Shown here: piece after piece, positions 38,148-47,561 of the stretch
How the letters are laid out: each line of letters opens with the position of its first letter
Position numbering within the stretch: the stretch's first letter is position 1
Source of the DNA: an uncultured Gemmatimonadales bacterium
GTDB lineage: Bacteria; Gemmatimonadota; Gemmatimonadetes; Gemmatimonadales; GWC2-71-9
Direction of reading: 5' to 3'
NCBI GenBank assembly: GCA_963795085.1
Contig: CAWCFX010000001.1
Span: 1,312,001 to 1,376,000, forward strand
DNA: 64,000 bases
The notes under the pieces: model-generated
Told to the model about the DNA's origin: nothing
Databases searched by the model: none
The model's input: only the letters and a program-made list of their open reading frames with translations
Made by a program: the position numbers and the translations under genes

Positions 38148-39437
38148 TCAGGGCCGCCGCGCCTGGTGTCGCGCGGAGCCGAAGAGGGCCGCGTGCGGCG
38201 TGGCGGCGTGCACCGTGCCGTGGGGCCACGCGGGTCGATCGAATGTTACCCCCCGCCGCGACGAGGCTCCCTCGCGGAACCCTTCATCCCAGGACAGCGC
38301 ACCGGTCATCCGGTCGAGCCGGGCCATCAGCACCCGCGCCTCGCCGTCGTCCTGCCCGACGATCACGATCCGGTCGCTCCCGGGATCGACCGCGGCCCAG
38401 TGGGGCAGGACCGTCGAATCGGTCTCCAGCGCCGAGACCTCGATGGGGTGGGAGGGGTCCGCGAGATCGAGGCTGACGATGCGATGATCGTACGCGATGG
38501 GCATGACCGAGTAGCGACCGACAGCCACCGGCACCGCGCAGCCCACCCGGCGCGGTTCGCGCATCGAGTGCACCAGGGTTACCGCCGGGTGCTCTGTCTC
38601 CAGGTCGGTCACCAGGTAGAATCCGCAGTAGTACGTATTGAGCATCGCGGTGCGCCCGCCCGGCAGGGCACGAATCTCGAACGGATAGTAGTGGATCGAG
38701 TCGCCGGCGAGCGGCGGGACCGCGATCGTCTTGAGGAGCCGGAAGTCGGAAAGCCGCCAGACCTGGATCACGTCCGCGGTACGTTCCACGTCCATGGGGG
38801 TGCTGGTGGTGACCGCACGATCGATCTCGGGGAGCACCTCGATGCCGTAGGTGCGAATGCGCGCGCCGGGAAAGGTCGAGTCGGCCGCCGAGGCGCTGCG
38901 GAGGAGCCGGCCCGCCGGGTCAAACTCGGCGAGGCCGCCGGGATCTCCGGGGATCGCGCCATTCCCGAACTGGAGGGACGCGATGACGTTGCCATTGGGA
39001 AGCCGGGCGAAGCTGTGCGGCCGACGGAACCCGGGCACGCTGTCGATGCGATGCGCCAGGCGGGGCGCGAGCGGGTCGGCGAGATCGAGCAGGAAAATCG
39101 TGCCGGCCATGTAGTCGCTGGCGAACAGTGAGCGGCCGGCCGGCAGGGTGAACTCAGTGTGGTGCGCCATGGCGCCGCCGATCCCGATGGCGCTGGAGGC
39201 GAGGACCGTGCCGTAGGTGGCGCTGGCCGTATCGGCATCGAGGACGGCGAGAAAGTTGCCGGCCCCAGGGGCAGACGCCTGGTGATCGCCTGCGTCCGAG
39301 GCGGCGCCATGGGGGCCGGCCCAGATGAAGAGATATTGTGCGGGAGTGACGGAGGAATCACGCGGCGTCGGGGAACAGGCGGCAACGACGGGAACCGCCA
39401 GCACGACGAGCGCCTGGCGCAGCGTCGGTCGAACCAT
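38148..39437 (-). CDS. Selenium-binding protein/methanethiol oxidase-like beta-propeller lipoprotein
   Basis: Lipobox VAAC; FLAVLDAD..SATYG, AHHTE, PHSFARL, PHW, C-terminal PHAALF. Confidence 0.7.
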   Translation of the reverse strand: MVRPTLRQALVVLAVPVVAACSPTPRDSSVTPAQYLFIWAGPHGAASDAGDHQASAPGAGNFLAVLDADTASATYGTVLASSAIGIGGAMAHHTEFTLPAGRSLFASDYMAGTIFLLDLADPLAPRLAHRIDSVPGFRRPHSFARLPNGNVIASLQFGNGAIPGDPGGLAEFDPAGRLLRSASAADSTFPGARIRTYGIEVLPEIDRAVTTSTPMDVERTADVIQVWRLSDFRLLKTIAVPPLAGDSIHYYPFEIRALPGGRTAMLNTYYCGFYLVTDLETEHPAVTLVHSMREPRRVGCAVPVAVGRYSVMPIAYDHRIVSLDLADPSHPIEVSALETDSTVLPHWAAVDPGSDRIVIVGQDDGEARVLMARLDRMTGALSWDEGFREGASSRRGVTFDRPAWPHGTVHAATPHAALFGSARHQARRP

Positions 39438-39810
39438 GGCTCTGGGCACGAAGTGTCCTTGTTGCGGTGAGCGGTCGGGGATGCGGTTCGGGTCGGTCCT
39501 CGCTTCCCAGCTCGAGAACCTCACCGGCGCTCGTCAATTCTTGCTCAAGCAGCGCCCGCTGTCCATCCCTCACCCTGCTGGAGCGGACTCCACCGATCCC
39601 GGGATCGGGGTCCGCCCGAGGGTCGGACTCGCACGAGCAGGAGGTGGCCGTCCACTGCGTGGTGGTGGGCCCGGATCGGGTCTGCCGTCGGGTCCGTCCG
39701 CGCTGGCAATTGTCGCGGTCACCCCTTCCGGTGACCGCGACAACCGCCCGTCTCCCCGGCCCCCCTCCGGATCGGAGGGTGAATCATGGCCGGGTGGACG
39801 GGTCGCCAGC

Positions 39811-41919
39811 TCAGGGTGTCACGTTGACCTGGATCCGGGCCGGCGCGTTCGCTGAACCGAAGCGGCGCTCGTGACCGTCACCCGCCGCGGCGACCGTCAC
39901 CTGGTAGGATCCCGCCGCGGGCCAGGTCAGGGCAATCACTTCGTCCCGCGCGGGATTCAGCTTGCAGGTGCCCCGGCCGGCCTGCCACTGGCACCCGGCC
40001 CGCGGCGCCGGCGCAGCGCCACCGGTCCAGGTGACGCGGTACTCGACCTGCTCCCGGTAGGGGTAGCACGACGGCATCCGCAGCCGGAAGGAGGCCGGCT
40101 GGGTCGCCACCGCCGGCCCGGCGGCGGTGGCCGTCGCCACCAGGGCGCTGGACCCGCCCGGCGCCATGTCTCCGAACCAGAGATGCCGGTCGTTCATCAG
40201 CTGCTGGACATAGGGCGAACCCACCACCTTCCGCATGACCAGCGCTTCGGCCCGGAGTTCCAGGCCCCAGTCGAGGTCGGCGGTCAGCGCGTGGTTCGCC
40301 TGGCTGGTGGACCCGCTTCCCTCCGTCTGGGTCCCCGCGACCGCGGCACAACCGGACGCGGTGCCCAGCAGGTAGGGCTGCGGGCCCGCGCGCGCGCTCA
40401 GCGCCTCGTAGTTGAAGTTGAGCTGCAGGGCGGTGTAGATCGCCGGTTTGACCCTTACGGTCCCCTCCACCTGGACATCTTCGCTGGCGGTCACGGGTGA
40501 AGGCTGTCCCCGGGACTTCGCGCGGCATCCGCTGCCGCTGCAGGAGAACTCGAACTGGTTGCGATCCGAATTCCGGAGCTGAAACCGGCCCGCCGCCGCT
40601 CCGTCCGCGGTGACTTCGATGTTGCCCTCGATATAGGCGCTTACGTCCAGCTCGGCTACCGGCACGCCGCCGATGATGATCGGGAACACCTGGATGGGGA
40701 TGACCGGCCCGCCGGTCGGCGGAATGGTGAAGGTCCGCTTGAACCGGCCGGTCGCCGTCACGGTGGTCGTCAGCACCTCGGCCACCGCCATGCTGCCTTC
40801 GGCCGAAAGCGCCTTGGGACGGACCGCGAAGGGAATGCAGGGGATGTAGAAGAGTTCCAGGCGCGCCTTGAAGTCGGCGTCCATGGGGACGCCGAGGCTC
40901 ACGCTGCCCCGTGCCGTGCCGGTGGCGGAACCGCGGGAGCCGGATTCTTCCAGGGACACGGTCATGGTGGGCTCGATCGAGAAGCGCACCGGGATGTCAT
41001 TCAGGGCCAGGGTCCGCTCGGTAAAACACGTGGCGGTGGCGTCCCACGCCTCGGCGAGCTTCCGCTCGGCCCGGGTCCATTCGCTCACCGCGTGATCGTA
41101 GGTCCGCCGCCATTCGTCGGTCACCGCCTGGCCGGCGCAATCCCAGGAATCGTACCAGTTGCCGCACTTCTTCTGGGCCGGCTCGGTGGGGCGCACGTCG
41201 TCGGGCACCGGGTGCGCGGCGATCCACTCCCGGGCCAGGTCGAGGTTCACGATGTACTGGTCCGACTCGGTGATCGGGGTGCGCCGCACCAGCATCTGGA
41301 GCAGGCGCCGGGCCCCGTCGGGCAGGCCGGGCGCCTCGGTGACGGCCGTGAGTCCCCGGAGGTGGAGCACGTTGCCGGTGACGGATCGCCCGTTCACCCG
41401 GGTGGTCAGCGCGCTCGTCGAGACGCGGGTCAACTCGGGACGGGCCGCGGTGCTGACCTCCAGGGTCCGGGGAGGACCGTACGCAATGGACGGCAGGGTA
41501 CTCATGACTTCGGGACGGACCGCCGCAGCGGTCGGCCTGGTCGGCTCCTCTACCCGGCGGGCTGGTGGTGCCGCGGCGGCCGGTGGCGCTGCGGGAGTGC
41601 GGGTCGATGGCGCGGGCGGCGCCGCGGAGGCCGCGGACGGGCTGCTGGTGATCGCGCAGCAGGAGGAGCGCCCATCGAGCGATACCATGCTGGTCCGGAA
41701 GTTGGCAAAGACGGCCTGGCCCACCTTGATCGTGGCGAGGCTGCGCCGGTCGGTCACCCGGAACGTGAAGGTCTGGCCGGTGGCGGTGACCCGCGCCGTG
41801 ACCAGGCCGCGAGGGGCGTCGATGGCGGTGACGCCGCAGCAGGGAGCCACGGATTCCTGTCCCCCGAGCGGAACGGCTCCGGCGGCGAGCAGGGCGGCCA
41901 GGGCGATGAAGACTTTCAT
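39811..41919 (-). CDS. Large secreted Cys-containing hypothetical protein
   Basis: Signal peptide, CC-bracketed OB/CusF-like N domain, Pro/Ala linker, long beta-rich body. Start overlaps the upstream stop. Confidence 0.8.
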   Translation of the reverse strand: MKVFIALAALLAAGAVPLGGQESVAPCCGVTAIDAPRGLVTARVTATGQTFTFRVTDRRSLATIKVGQAVFANFRTSMVSLDGRSSCCAITSSPSAASAAPPAPSTRTPAAPPAAAAPPARRVEEPTRPTAAAVRPEVMSTLPSIAYGPPRTLEVSTAARPELTRVSTSALTTRVNGRSVTGNVLHLRGLTAVTEAPGLPDGARRLLQMLVRRTPITESDQYIVNLDLAREWIAAHPVPDDVRPTEPAQKKCGNWYDSWDCAGQAVTDEWRRTYDHAVSEWTRAERKLAEAWDATATCFTERTLALNDIPVRFSIEPTMTVSLEESGSRGSATGTARGSVSLGVPMDADFKARLELFYIPCIPFAVRPKALSAEGSMAVAEVLTTTVTATGRFKRTFTIPPTGGPVIPIQVFPIIIGGVPVAELDVSAYIEGNIEVTADGAAAGRFQLRNSDRNQFEFSCSGSGCRAKSRGQPSPVTASEDVQVEGTVRVKPAIYTALQLNFNYEALSARAGPQPYLLGTASGCAAVAGTQTEGSGSTSQANHALTADLDWGLELRAEALVMRKVVGSPYVQQLMNDRHLWFGDMAPGGSSALVATATAAGPAVATQPASFRLRMPSCYPYREQVEYRVTWTGGAAPAPRAGCQWQAGRGTCKLNPARDEVIALTWPAAGSYQVTVAAAGDGHERRFGSANAPARIQVNVTP

Positions 41920-43469
41920 GGGGTGACCTCCGACTGGAATGCGGCCTGTGTCAGCTGTTTGAACGATCCCACCGCCGCGACCAGCCGGGCCAGGGCGGCC
42001 TGGGCCGACGCCTTGTCGGACGCGCGCTGGAACTCCTGGTACGCGCCGCGGACATCGCCCAGCTGGTTCGGCATGGTCGTCAGCATCCGGAGGCCGGCGG
42101 TGAGCAGGTTGGTGTTGCGATAGCGGGCGATGAACTGGGGCAGGCTTTCCAGCACCAGGCCGAGGACCGCGTCGAAGCGGTTCAGCCGGGGGCCGCAGCA
42201 GGAGGCGACGAACGGCGAGGGGCCGGTGGCGTCCTGGGAGAATCCGTTGCTGGAGGTGGGAGCCGTGTCGGACGATTGTTCGACCGCCACCGTGAGGTCC
42301 TGGACGAAGGCCTCCATCTCGGGGACCTGTTCATCGAGCGGGGATTCAAACGCCGGCATGGCGGGCCCGGCCTGTCCGGCGGTCGGTACGGGCGTGGCCG
42401 CGGGCACTACACGGTAGCGGAAGATCATGCCGTCGTCGGCCACCACGTACGCCCGGTCCCGCCGGGGAAAACTCCAGGCCCGCGGCGTGTTGGGAAAACG
42501 GAAGGCCCGGGAATTCCACCGTCCGCCGCCGTCGGTGGTGAAGCTCATCTTCTGCTCTTCGAGGTACCAGCCCACCTGGGGATCGGCAAAAATCAGGTTC
42601 CCGTACCTCCCCACGCTGGCGAGCAGGCCCCGCCAGGTGACGCCCCCATCGGTCGTGCTGGAGAGCTTGCCATCGCTGGTCCGGACGATGCCGGTGTTCT
42701 CGTCGGTGAAGAAGAGGTCGGTAACTCCCACTACTTCCGGATCGCCCGGGCCGGCGAAGAACTCCCAGCTCTCGCCCCCGTCCGTGGTGCGGGCCATGAT
42801 GGCCGGCCCGGGGCAGGGGCCGACGCACTGGGTGGCGGCCACCAGGTAACCCACCTCGGGAGTGGGGAACTGGATGCGGAGCACATCGCAGTTGATCTGG
42901 CGGGTGGCGCCGCCCAGGGTCGCCTTGAACTGGCAGGTCGTGACGGCGCGCCAGGTTTTGCCGCCGTCCCGGGTCTTGAAAAGGGTATGCGGCACGGTAC
43001 CCATGCCCACCCGGCCCGTCGCGACGCCATCGTTCGGCGTCGTCATCACCACCTGCTTCGTGTAGTCCGGTGCCCGGCCGAGGTCCTCCCAGGTCTCTCC
43101 GTCCACGGTCCGCAGAACCCGGTTGTCCTTGAGCGCCCAGCCGTGGACCTCGTCCAGGAAATACAGCGAGGACACCCGGTCTTCGTCGGCCTCAGGGTCG
43201 CCGCCCATCTGGGCTGTCCAGGTGGCTCCGCCATCGCTGGTATGCAGGATGGTCCCCTTGTCCCCGGCGACCCAGCCCCGGTCCATGGTGACGAAGAAAA
43301 CTTCCTGCAGGTCGATGTCTTCGGGGTAACTCACCGGTTCCCAGATGCCCTTGAACGCCGGCTGGGCGGAGGCCCGTTGCTGGGCCGCGAGCGGAAACGG
43401 GAGGAGAAGCGTGAGGGCGACAGTCCACCCTGCCAGGGCGGACGGGAAACGTCGGGCGGTGGATCTCAT
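41916..43469 (-). CDS. Secreted YCF48/BNR (Asp-box) beta-propeller protein with helical C-terminal domain
   Basis: Repeated TxDGGxxW boxes (TSDGGATW, TRDGGKTW, TTDGGESW, TTDGGVTW, TTDGGGRW); signal peptide. Confidence 0.85.
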   Translation of the reverse strand: MRSTARRFPSALAGWTVALTLLLPFPLAAQQRASAQPAFKGIWEPVSYPEDIDLQEVFFVTMDRGWVAGDKGTILHTSDGGATWTAQMGGDPEADEDRVSSLYFLDEVHGWALKDNRVLRTVDGETWEDLGRAPDYTKQVVMTTPNDGVATGRVGMGTVPHTLFKTRDGGKTWRAVTTCQFKATLGGATRQINCDVLRIQFPTPEVGYLVAATQCVGPCPGPAIMARTTDGGESWEFFAGPGDPEVVGVTDLFFTDENTGIVRTSDGKLSSTTDGGVTWRGLLASVGRYGNLIFADPQVGWYLEEQKMSFTTDGGGRWNSRAFRFPNTPRAWSFPRRDRAYVVADDGMIFRYRVVPAATPVPTAGQAGPAMPAFESPLDEQVPEMEAFVQDLTVAVEQSSDTAPTSSNGFSQDATGPSPFVASCCGPRLNRFDAVLGLVLESLPQFIARYRNTNLLTAGLRMLTTMPNQLGDVRGAYQEFQRASDKASAQAALARLVAAVGSFKQLTQAAFQSEVTP

Positions 43470-43501
43470 CGGAGTGGCCTCGGGGTGAGAGGTGCACTCC
43501 T

Positions 43502-43529
43502 GAGTCCCCCATCGTCGCCGCCTGTTACA
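43502..43529 (-). promoter_or_regulatory. Candidate ECF-sigma promoter
   Basis: Minus strand TGTAAC (43529-24), 16-bp spacer, GGACTC (43507-02); 32 bp before the YCF48 start. Confidence 0.4.
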
Positions 43530-46224
43530 GGCCCGGCGGCGTGGGGTCTCCCACCAGGACGAACGGAGCCCAGGCGGCCGGATGACCATCCAACCCCGCC
43601 GTCCGGATCCACTGCCGCCGGACCTCTCGCAGGGCCTCGGCCGGATCCTGCCCCGCGTGCAGGCGGCGGTACAGCTCGGTCATGAAGCGAAGGGTGGAAC
43701 GATCCGTCACCGGCCAGAGCGACACCAGCACGCTCCGGGCGCCGGCCGAGAGAAAGGCGTGGGACAGGCCGACGACCCCCTCCCCGCGGACCCGCCGTCC
43801 CAGCGCGGTCTCGCAGGCGGACAGGGTGACCAGCTCGGCGGTCAGCTGGAGTCGCCGGATCGCCGGGGGGTCCAGGAGACCGTTGGCCATGACCAGGTGG
43901 GACTGGTCCGGCTCCCGGTCGTTGACGCTGGCATGGGTCGCGAAATGGAGATAGCGGTAGCGCTCCGGGCGCAGGCCGAGCCAGCGGTCAACGGTCCCCG
44001 ACCGACCGGTCAGGAGGTCGGCGCCCGCGGCACGGTAGAGCCCGGCGAGGGCTCCGGCTTCTTCCTCGGCGTACGGCAGGCTGGGACGCCGCGCCGCGGT
44101 GCCCCGCACGGCCATGGATGCCGGGGAGGCGGAGTTGCCCTGGGGATTACCGACCGCCAGGATAGCCCGCTCCCACGCGGGCCGGGCATTTGACTCGGAC
44201 AACTCGGCCAGCACAGTGGCCGAGGGACCGTAGACGATCCGGTGGGTGGCGCCGAGCGGTTCGGCGGTGACGTCGGGGAGCAGCACCTCGAGGGGAAGCT
44301 GCGCGAGGGGGCCGTCCACGATGGCAAGAAGCGTGGGGTTTTCCCCGGCCCGGAGCGGAAGCAGGATGTCGCGGTAGAGCCGCGCCGCTGCCGGCCGCCA
44401 GTCCGCCGAGCCGGGCCGCTCGATGGCCCGGCGAAGAAACTCCACCATCGCCTGCAATGAATCCGACGAGCCCAGGCGACGGCCGCGGATCGTCGTCCCC
44501 GTCACCGACCAGCCGAACACCGAGCTGTCGCCCCAGAAGATGGTGAGGAGCGTGGTTCCCGAATCTCCGAGCAGCCGTTGCTGGATATCGGCCAGCGAGG
44601 CCGGCGCGGGATGGATGGCAGTTCCCGGCTGTCCCGTCCTCGTGCCGCGCCGCTCCAGGGTCGCCAGGGAATCCTGGAGGACCCGGAGCTCCTCTCCGAC
44701 CACGCGGACCTGGGCCGAGTCGCCGCCGGCGGTGGATTCTTCGAATCGCTCGCGCAGCCTCTGCTTGAGCAATGCTTCGGGCGAGACCCGCCGGTCGGCG
44801 TTCCGCTCGGCCATGACTTCCAGCAGCATCCGGGCGCGGGCCCGTTCCGACACGGCGAACGCATCGGCCAGCCGGTCTTCGGCGAGCAGCGTGCGGATCG
44901 CGCCTTCGTAGATCGCCCAGCGTGGCTCCGCGATGCCGAGCTTCAGGTCTCCCATGGCCAGCCGGCCGCGCCAGGATTCGAGCAGGTCCACGCCCTGCAG
45001 GAAGAACCGGGACGCGCCGGGGCGCCCCTCCAACTCGGTGACGCTGCCCCGGAGGGCGAGGACGGTGAGGTCCGCCTCGGGGGATCCCAGGGAGTCGGCG
45101 ACGACCGCGGCCACGCCGAGCAGCCGGCGCGCCTGCCGGGGATCGCCACGGCCGAGGGCGAGCCGAGTCTGCCCGGCCAGGATCCGGAACCGCTCGTAGG
45201 CGAAACCGCCCGCGAGCGCCAGCGGCAGTGCCCGGGCCAGGACCGCGTCGGCCGAGTCGGGCTGACGTTCCGCCGCGGCGATCTCTCCCAGATTGGCGAG
45301 GGCAATCACCTGGTAGATGGCTGGATATCCGGTGGGGAGGGCCAGCGAACGCTCGAGGTGATTCCGCGCGGCCGGGACATTGTTGACCTTGAGGTAGTAG
45401 TCGGCCAGGGCGTTGTGGGCATAGACCATCGAGCCGGTATCGCCGAGGGCCACCGCCGAGGCGAGCGATTGGGTCATCAGGTCGATGGCCTGGTCATAGC
45501 GGCCGGTATAGGCCCGCAGACCGGCGAGGTTGCTGATCAGGTAGCCGCCGGTGGAGGTGTCGGCGATCCGGCGGGTGATCGCGAGGCCTTCCTCGTAGGC
45601 GGCCGCCGCCTCGGGCAGGCGCCCCACCGCGGCATACTCTACGCCCATGCTGTTGAGTACGCCGGCCAGCTGGTTGGGCGTGCGGCCATGGCGCCGCTCC
45701 AGGGCCAGCGCCCGCTCCGTCTCCGCGACCGAGCGGCGGAACAGTCCCCGTCGCGAGTAGATGGTGCCGAGCTGGGTATGGACCCGGGCTTCCAGCTCGC
45801 CGATCGCGAGGCGCTCGGCCAGGTCCTGGGCCCGGGCGCAGTCCGCGATCGCCTGCTCGGAGCGGCCCAGCCGGGATCCGAGCGCGCAGCGCTGCAGGAA
45901 GGTCCAGCCATGGCGGGAGGAATCGGCGCCGGCGAGGAGAAACGCGTCCCGGATGGCGGCGTCGGCACTGTCGGCCCGGCCCTGCCGCATCAGCGTCTCC
46001 GACCACCCGATCTGGGCCCGCCACCACCCGGCGGTGTCACCGGCGACGGCGAACGAATCGCGGAGCCGGCGATACTCCGGGTGGGCCCGGGCAAAACGGC
46101 GCTCGGCCCGGAGGCTGTCGGCGACCGCGAATGGCGAGATGGAGGACGGCGGCGGGTCGCCCCCGCACGCCGGGGCGAGCAGGAGTGCGATGGTCCACCA
46201 CCAGGAAGCCTGGCGCGGGCCCAT
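43525..46224 (-). CDS. TPR-CHAT caspase-like protease, predicted lipoprotein
   Basis: Lipobox LAPAC; TPR-like repeats; CHAT motifs LPLEVL, LPYAEEEA, LHFATHA (His), VTLSACET (Cys), LVSLWPV, WAPFVLVG. Confidence 0.92.
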   Translation of the reverse strand: MGPRQASWWWTIALLLAPACGGDPPPSSISPFAVADSLRAERRFARAHPEYRRLRDSFAVAGDTAGWWRAQIGWSETLMRQGRADSADAAIRDAFLLAGADSSRHGWTFLQRCALGSRLGRSEQAIADCARAQDLAERLAIGELEARVHTQLGTIYSRRGLFRRSVAETERALALERRHGRTPNQLAGVLNSMGVEYAAVGRLPEAAAAYEEGLAITRRIADTSTGGYLISNLAGLRAYTGRYDQAIDLMTQSLASAVALGDTGSMVYAHNALADYYLKVNNVPAARNHLERSLALPTGYPAIYQVIALANLGEIAAAERQPDSADAVLARALPLALAGGFAYERFRILAGQTRLALGRGDPRQARRLLGVAAVVADSLGSPEADLTVLALRGSVTELEGRPGASRFFLQGVDLLESWRGRLAMGDLKLGIAEPRWAIYEGAIRTLLAEDRLADAFAVSERARARMLLEVMAERNADRRVSPEALLKQRLRERFEESTAGGDSAQVRVVGEELRVLQDSLATLERRGTRTGQPGTAIHPAPASLADIQQRLLGDSGTTLLTIFWGDSSVFGWSVTGTTIRGRRLGSSDSLQAMVEFLRRAIERPGSADWRPAAARLYRDILLPLRAGENPTLLAIVDGPLAQLPLEVLLPDVTAEPLGATHRIVYGPSATVLAELSESNARPAWERAILAVGNPQGNSASPASMAVRGTAARRPSLPYAEEEAGALAGLYRAAGADLLTGRSGTVDRWLGLRPERYRYLHFATHASVNDREPDQSHLVMANGLLDPPAIRRLQLTAELVTLSACETALGRRVRGEGVVGLSHAFLSAGARSVLVSLWPVTDRSTLRFMTELYRRLHAGQDPAEALREVRRQWIRTAGLDGHPAAWAPFVLVGDPTPPGL

Positions 46225-46850
46225 TACTCAGGCGGGAGCGGAAGGAGGGGTGAGCGGGCCAGGGGCCGCCGCAACTGGTCGAACGCCTCCAGCTCGAAGT
46301 AGGTCGTATCCACCCCGCCGGCCGGGCCCAGGGAGTCCCGGGGGATGACGACAACGGTATCGGTGAGCTCCCGGCTGAACCGGGGGGTGCCGTCGCCGGC
46401 GGAAATACGGACTCGATAGGCGGTGGCGCCCGCGACGGCCGGCCAGCTGAGCCGCCAGGCTCCGTTGACGGAGGCGGCTCGGGCGGTGAGACTGTCGGTG
46501 CCGCCCCGCACCTCGTCGGGGAGATCCCGGCGCGGGGCCAGGACCTGCCAGGTGATCACGGTGGCCAGGAGCAACCCCGCCGCCACCGCGAGCGGCATCC
46601 AGCCGCGCCGCCGGGCGGAGGCGGGGGTGACCCGGTCGCCGGGGCGCGCCGCCCGGACCTGGGCGCCTCCCTTGACCAGGGCCCAGCAATGCTCGCATCC
46701 GAAGTAGTGCGCTTCAAAGGCGGACGCGACCGGCTCGGGGAGTTGCCCCAGCAGGTAGCGGCGGTCCAGGTCCTCCTGGTCCACCCGCTCGCAGGTGATC
46801 GGTTGGTCGTTCACAGGATCAGAGTCCCCGAAGGTGTCCTGGCGTTTCAT
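46224..46850 (-). CDS. zf-HC2 anti-sigma factor with TM helix and Fn3-like extracytoplasmic domain
   Basis: FEAHYFGCEHC (HxxxCxxC), TM LAVAAGLLLATVITW, LSWPAVAGATAYRV. Confidence 0.85.
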   Translation of the reverse strand: MKRQDTFGDSDPVNDQPITCERVDQEDLDRRYLLGQLPEPVASAFEAHYFGCEHCWALVKGGAQVRAARPGDRVTPASARRRGWMPLAVAAGLLLATVITWQVLAPRRDLPDEVRGGTDSLTARAASVNGAWRLSWPAVAGATAYRVRISAGDGTPRFSRELTDTVVVIPRDSLGPAGGVDTTYFELEAFDQLRRPLARSPLLPLPPE

Positions 46851-47377
46851 GCTTGCCGCTCCTCCAGCAGCGCCGCCAGCCGGGCCAGGGCCCGGTGTTT
46901 CCTGACCCGGAGCGCGCCCGGCGTGATGTCCAGGCGGCGCGCGGTTTCGCTGCTGTCCTCCTCCTCGAAGTAAATCCGGTGGAGCAGGTCCCGGTCGTCC
47001 GACGCCAGCGCGGCCAGGCCCCGGCGAACGACCCCCCGGGTTTCCTCGTTGACCAGGGCATCGAGGGCTTCCGGAGCCGCTTCTCCGGTAGTCGCACCGC
47101 GGACCCGGGCGAGCGCGCGTCCTTCCCGCTCCCGGGAGCGGTAGTGATGCATGCAGAGATGGGTGGCAGTCTGGAAGACGAAACCGGGGAGCGCATCGGG
47201 GTTCTCCACCCGGCCCTGGCGCAGCGCCTCGGTCACCCGCCGGAGGACTTCCTGCGCCAGGTCCTCGGCCAGCGCCGCATCGCCCAGCCGGCGCGCGCCG
47301 AAGACCCGCAGCCGCTCCCAGAATCGGGCCGCGAGGTCCTGTTCCAGCGCACTCTGGGCGGGCGGGTTAGGCGTCAT
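46847..47377 (-). CDS. ECF RNA polymerase sigma factor
   Basis: Region 2 AEDLAQEV; region 4 ETARRLDITPGALRVRKHRALARL. Confidence 0.9.
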   Translation of the reverse strand: MTPNPPAQSALEQDLAARFWERLRVFGARRLGDAALAEDLAQEVLRRVTEALRQGRVENPDALPGFVFQTATHLCMHHYRSREREGRALARVRGATTGEAAPEALDALVNEETRGVVRRGLAALASDDRDLLHRIYFEEEDSSETARRLDITPGALRVRKHRALARLAALLEERQA

Positions 47378-47561
47378 GGTCTGGCGGTGGGGATGGAACA
47401 ATCTCGGGGTTGCCCGGCGGGGCCGCAAGGTGAACGCGCGACGCTCCGGCCCGTTCAGCGCGCCTGGCACTTCACCCGGTCATGCCAGGTCGTATCCCCC
47501 GGCGAGCATTCCCAGGCAGAGGGCCAGCGGGAGCCAGGTGTCCTCGAAGCAGGGCCAGGTT

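Noticed and set aside
43525..47377. Type III-E CRISPR (Craspase) locus
   Set aside because: No Cas7-11, Csx30/31 or array is present, and the CHAT protein appears to be exported. The resemblance is only an analogy.
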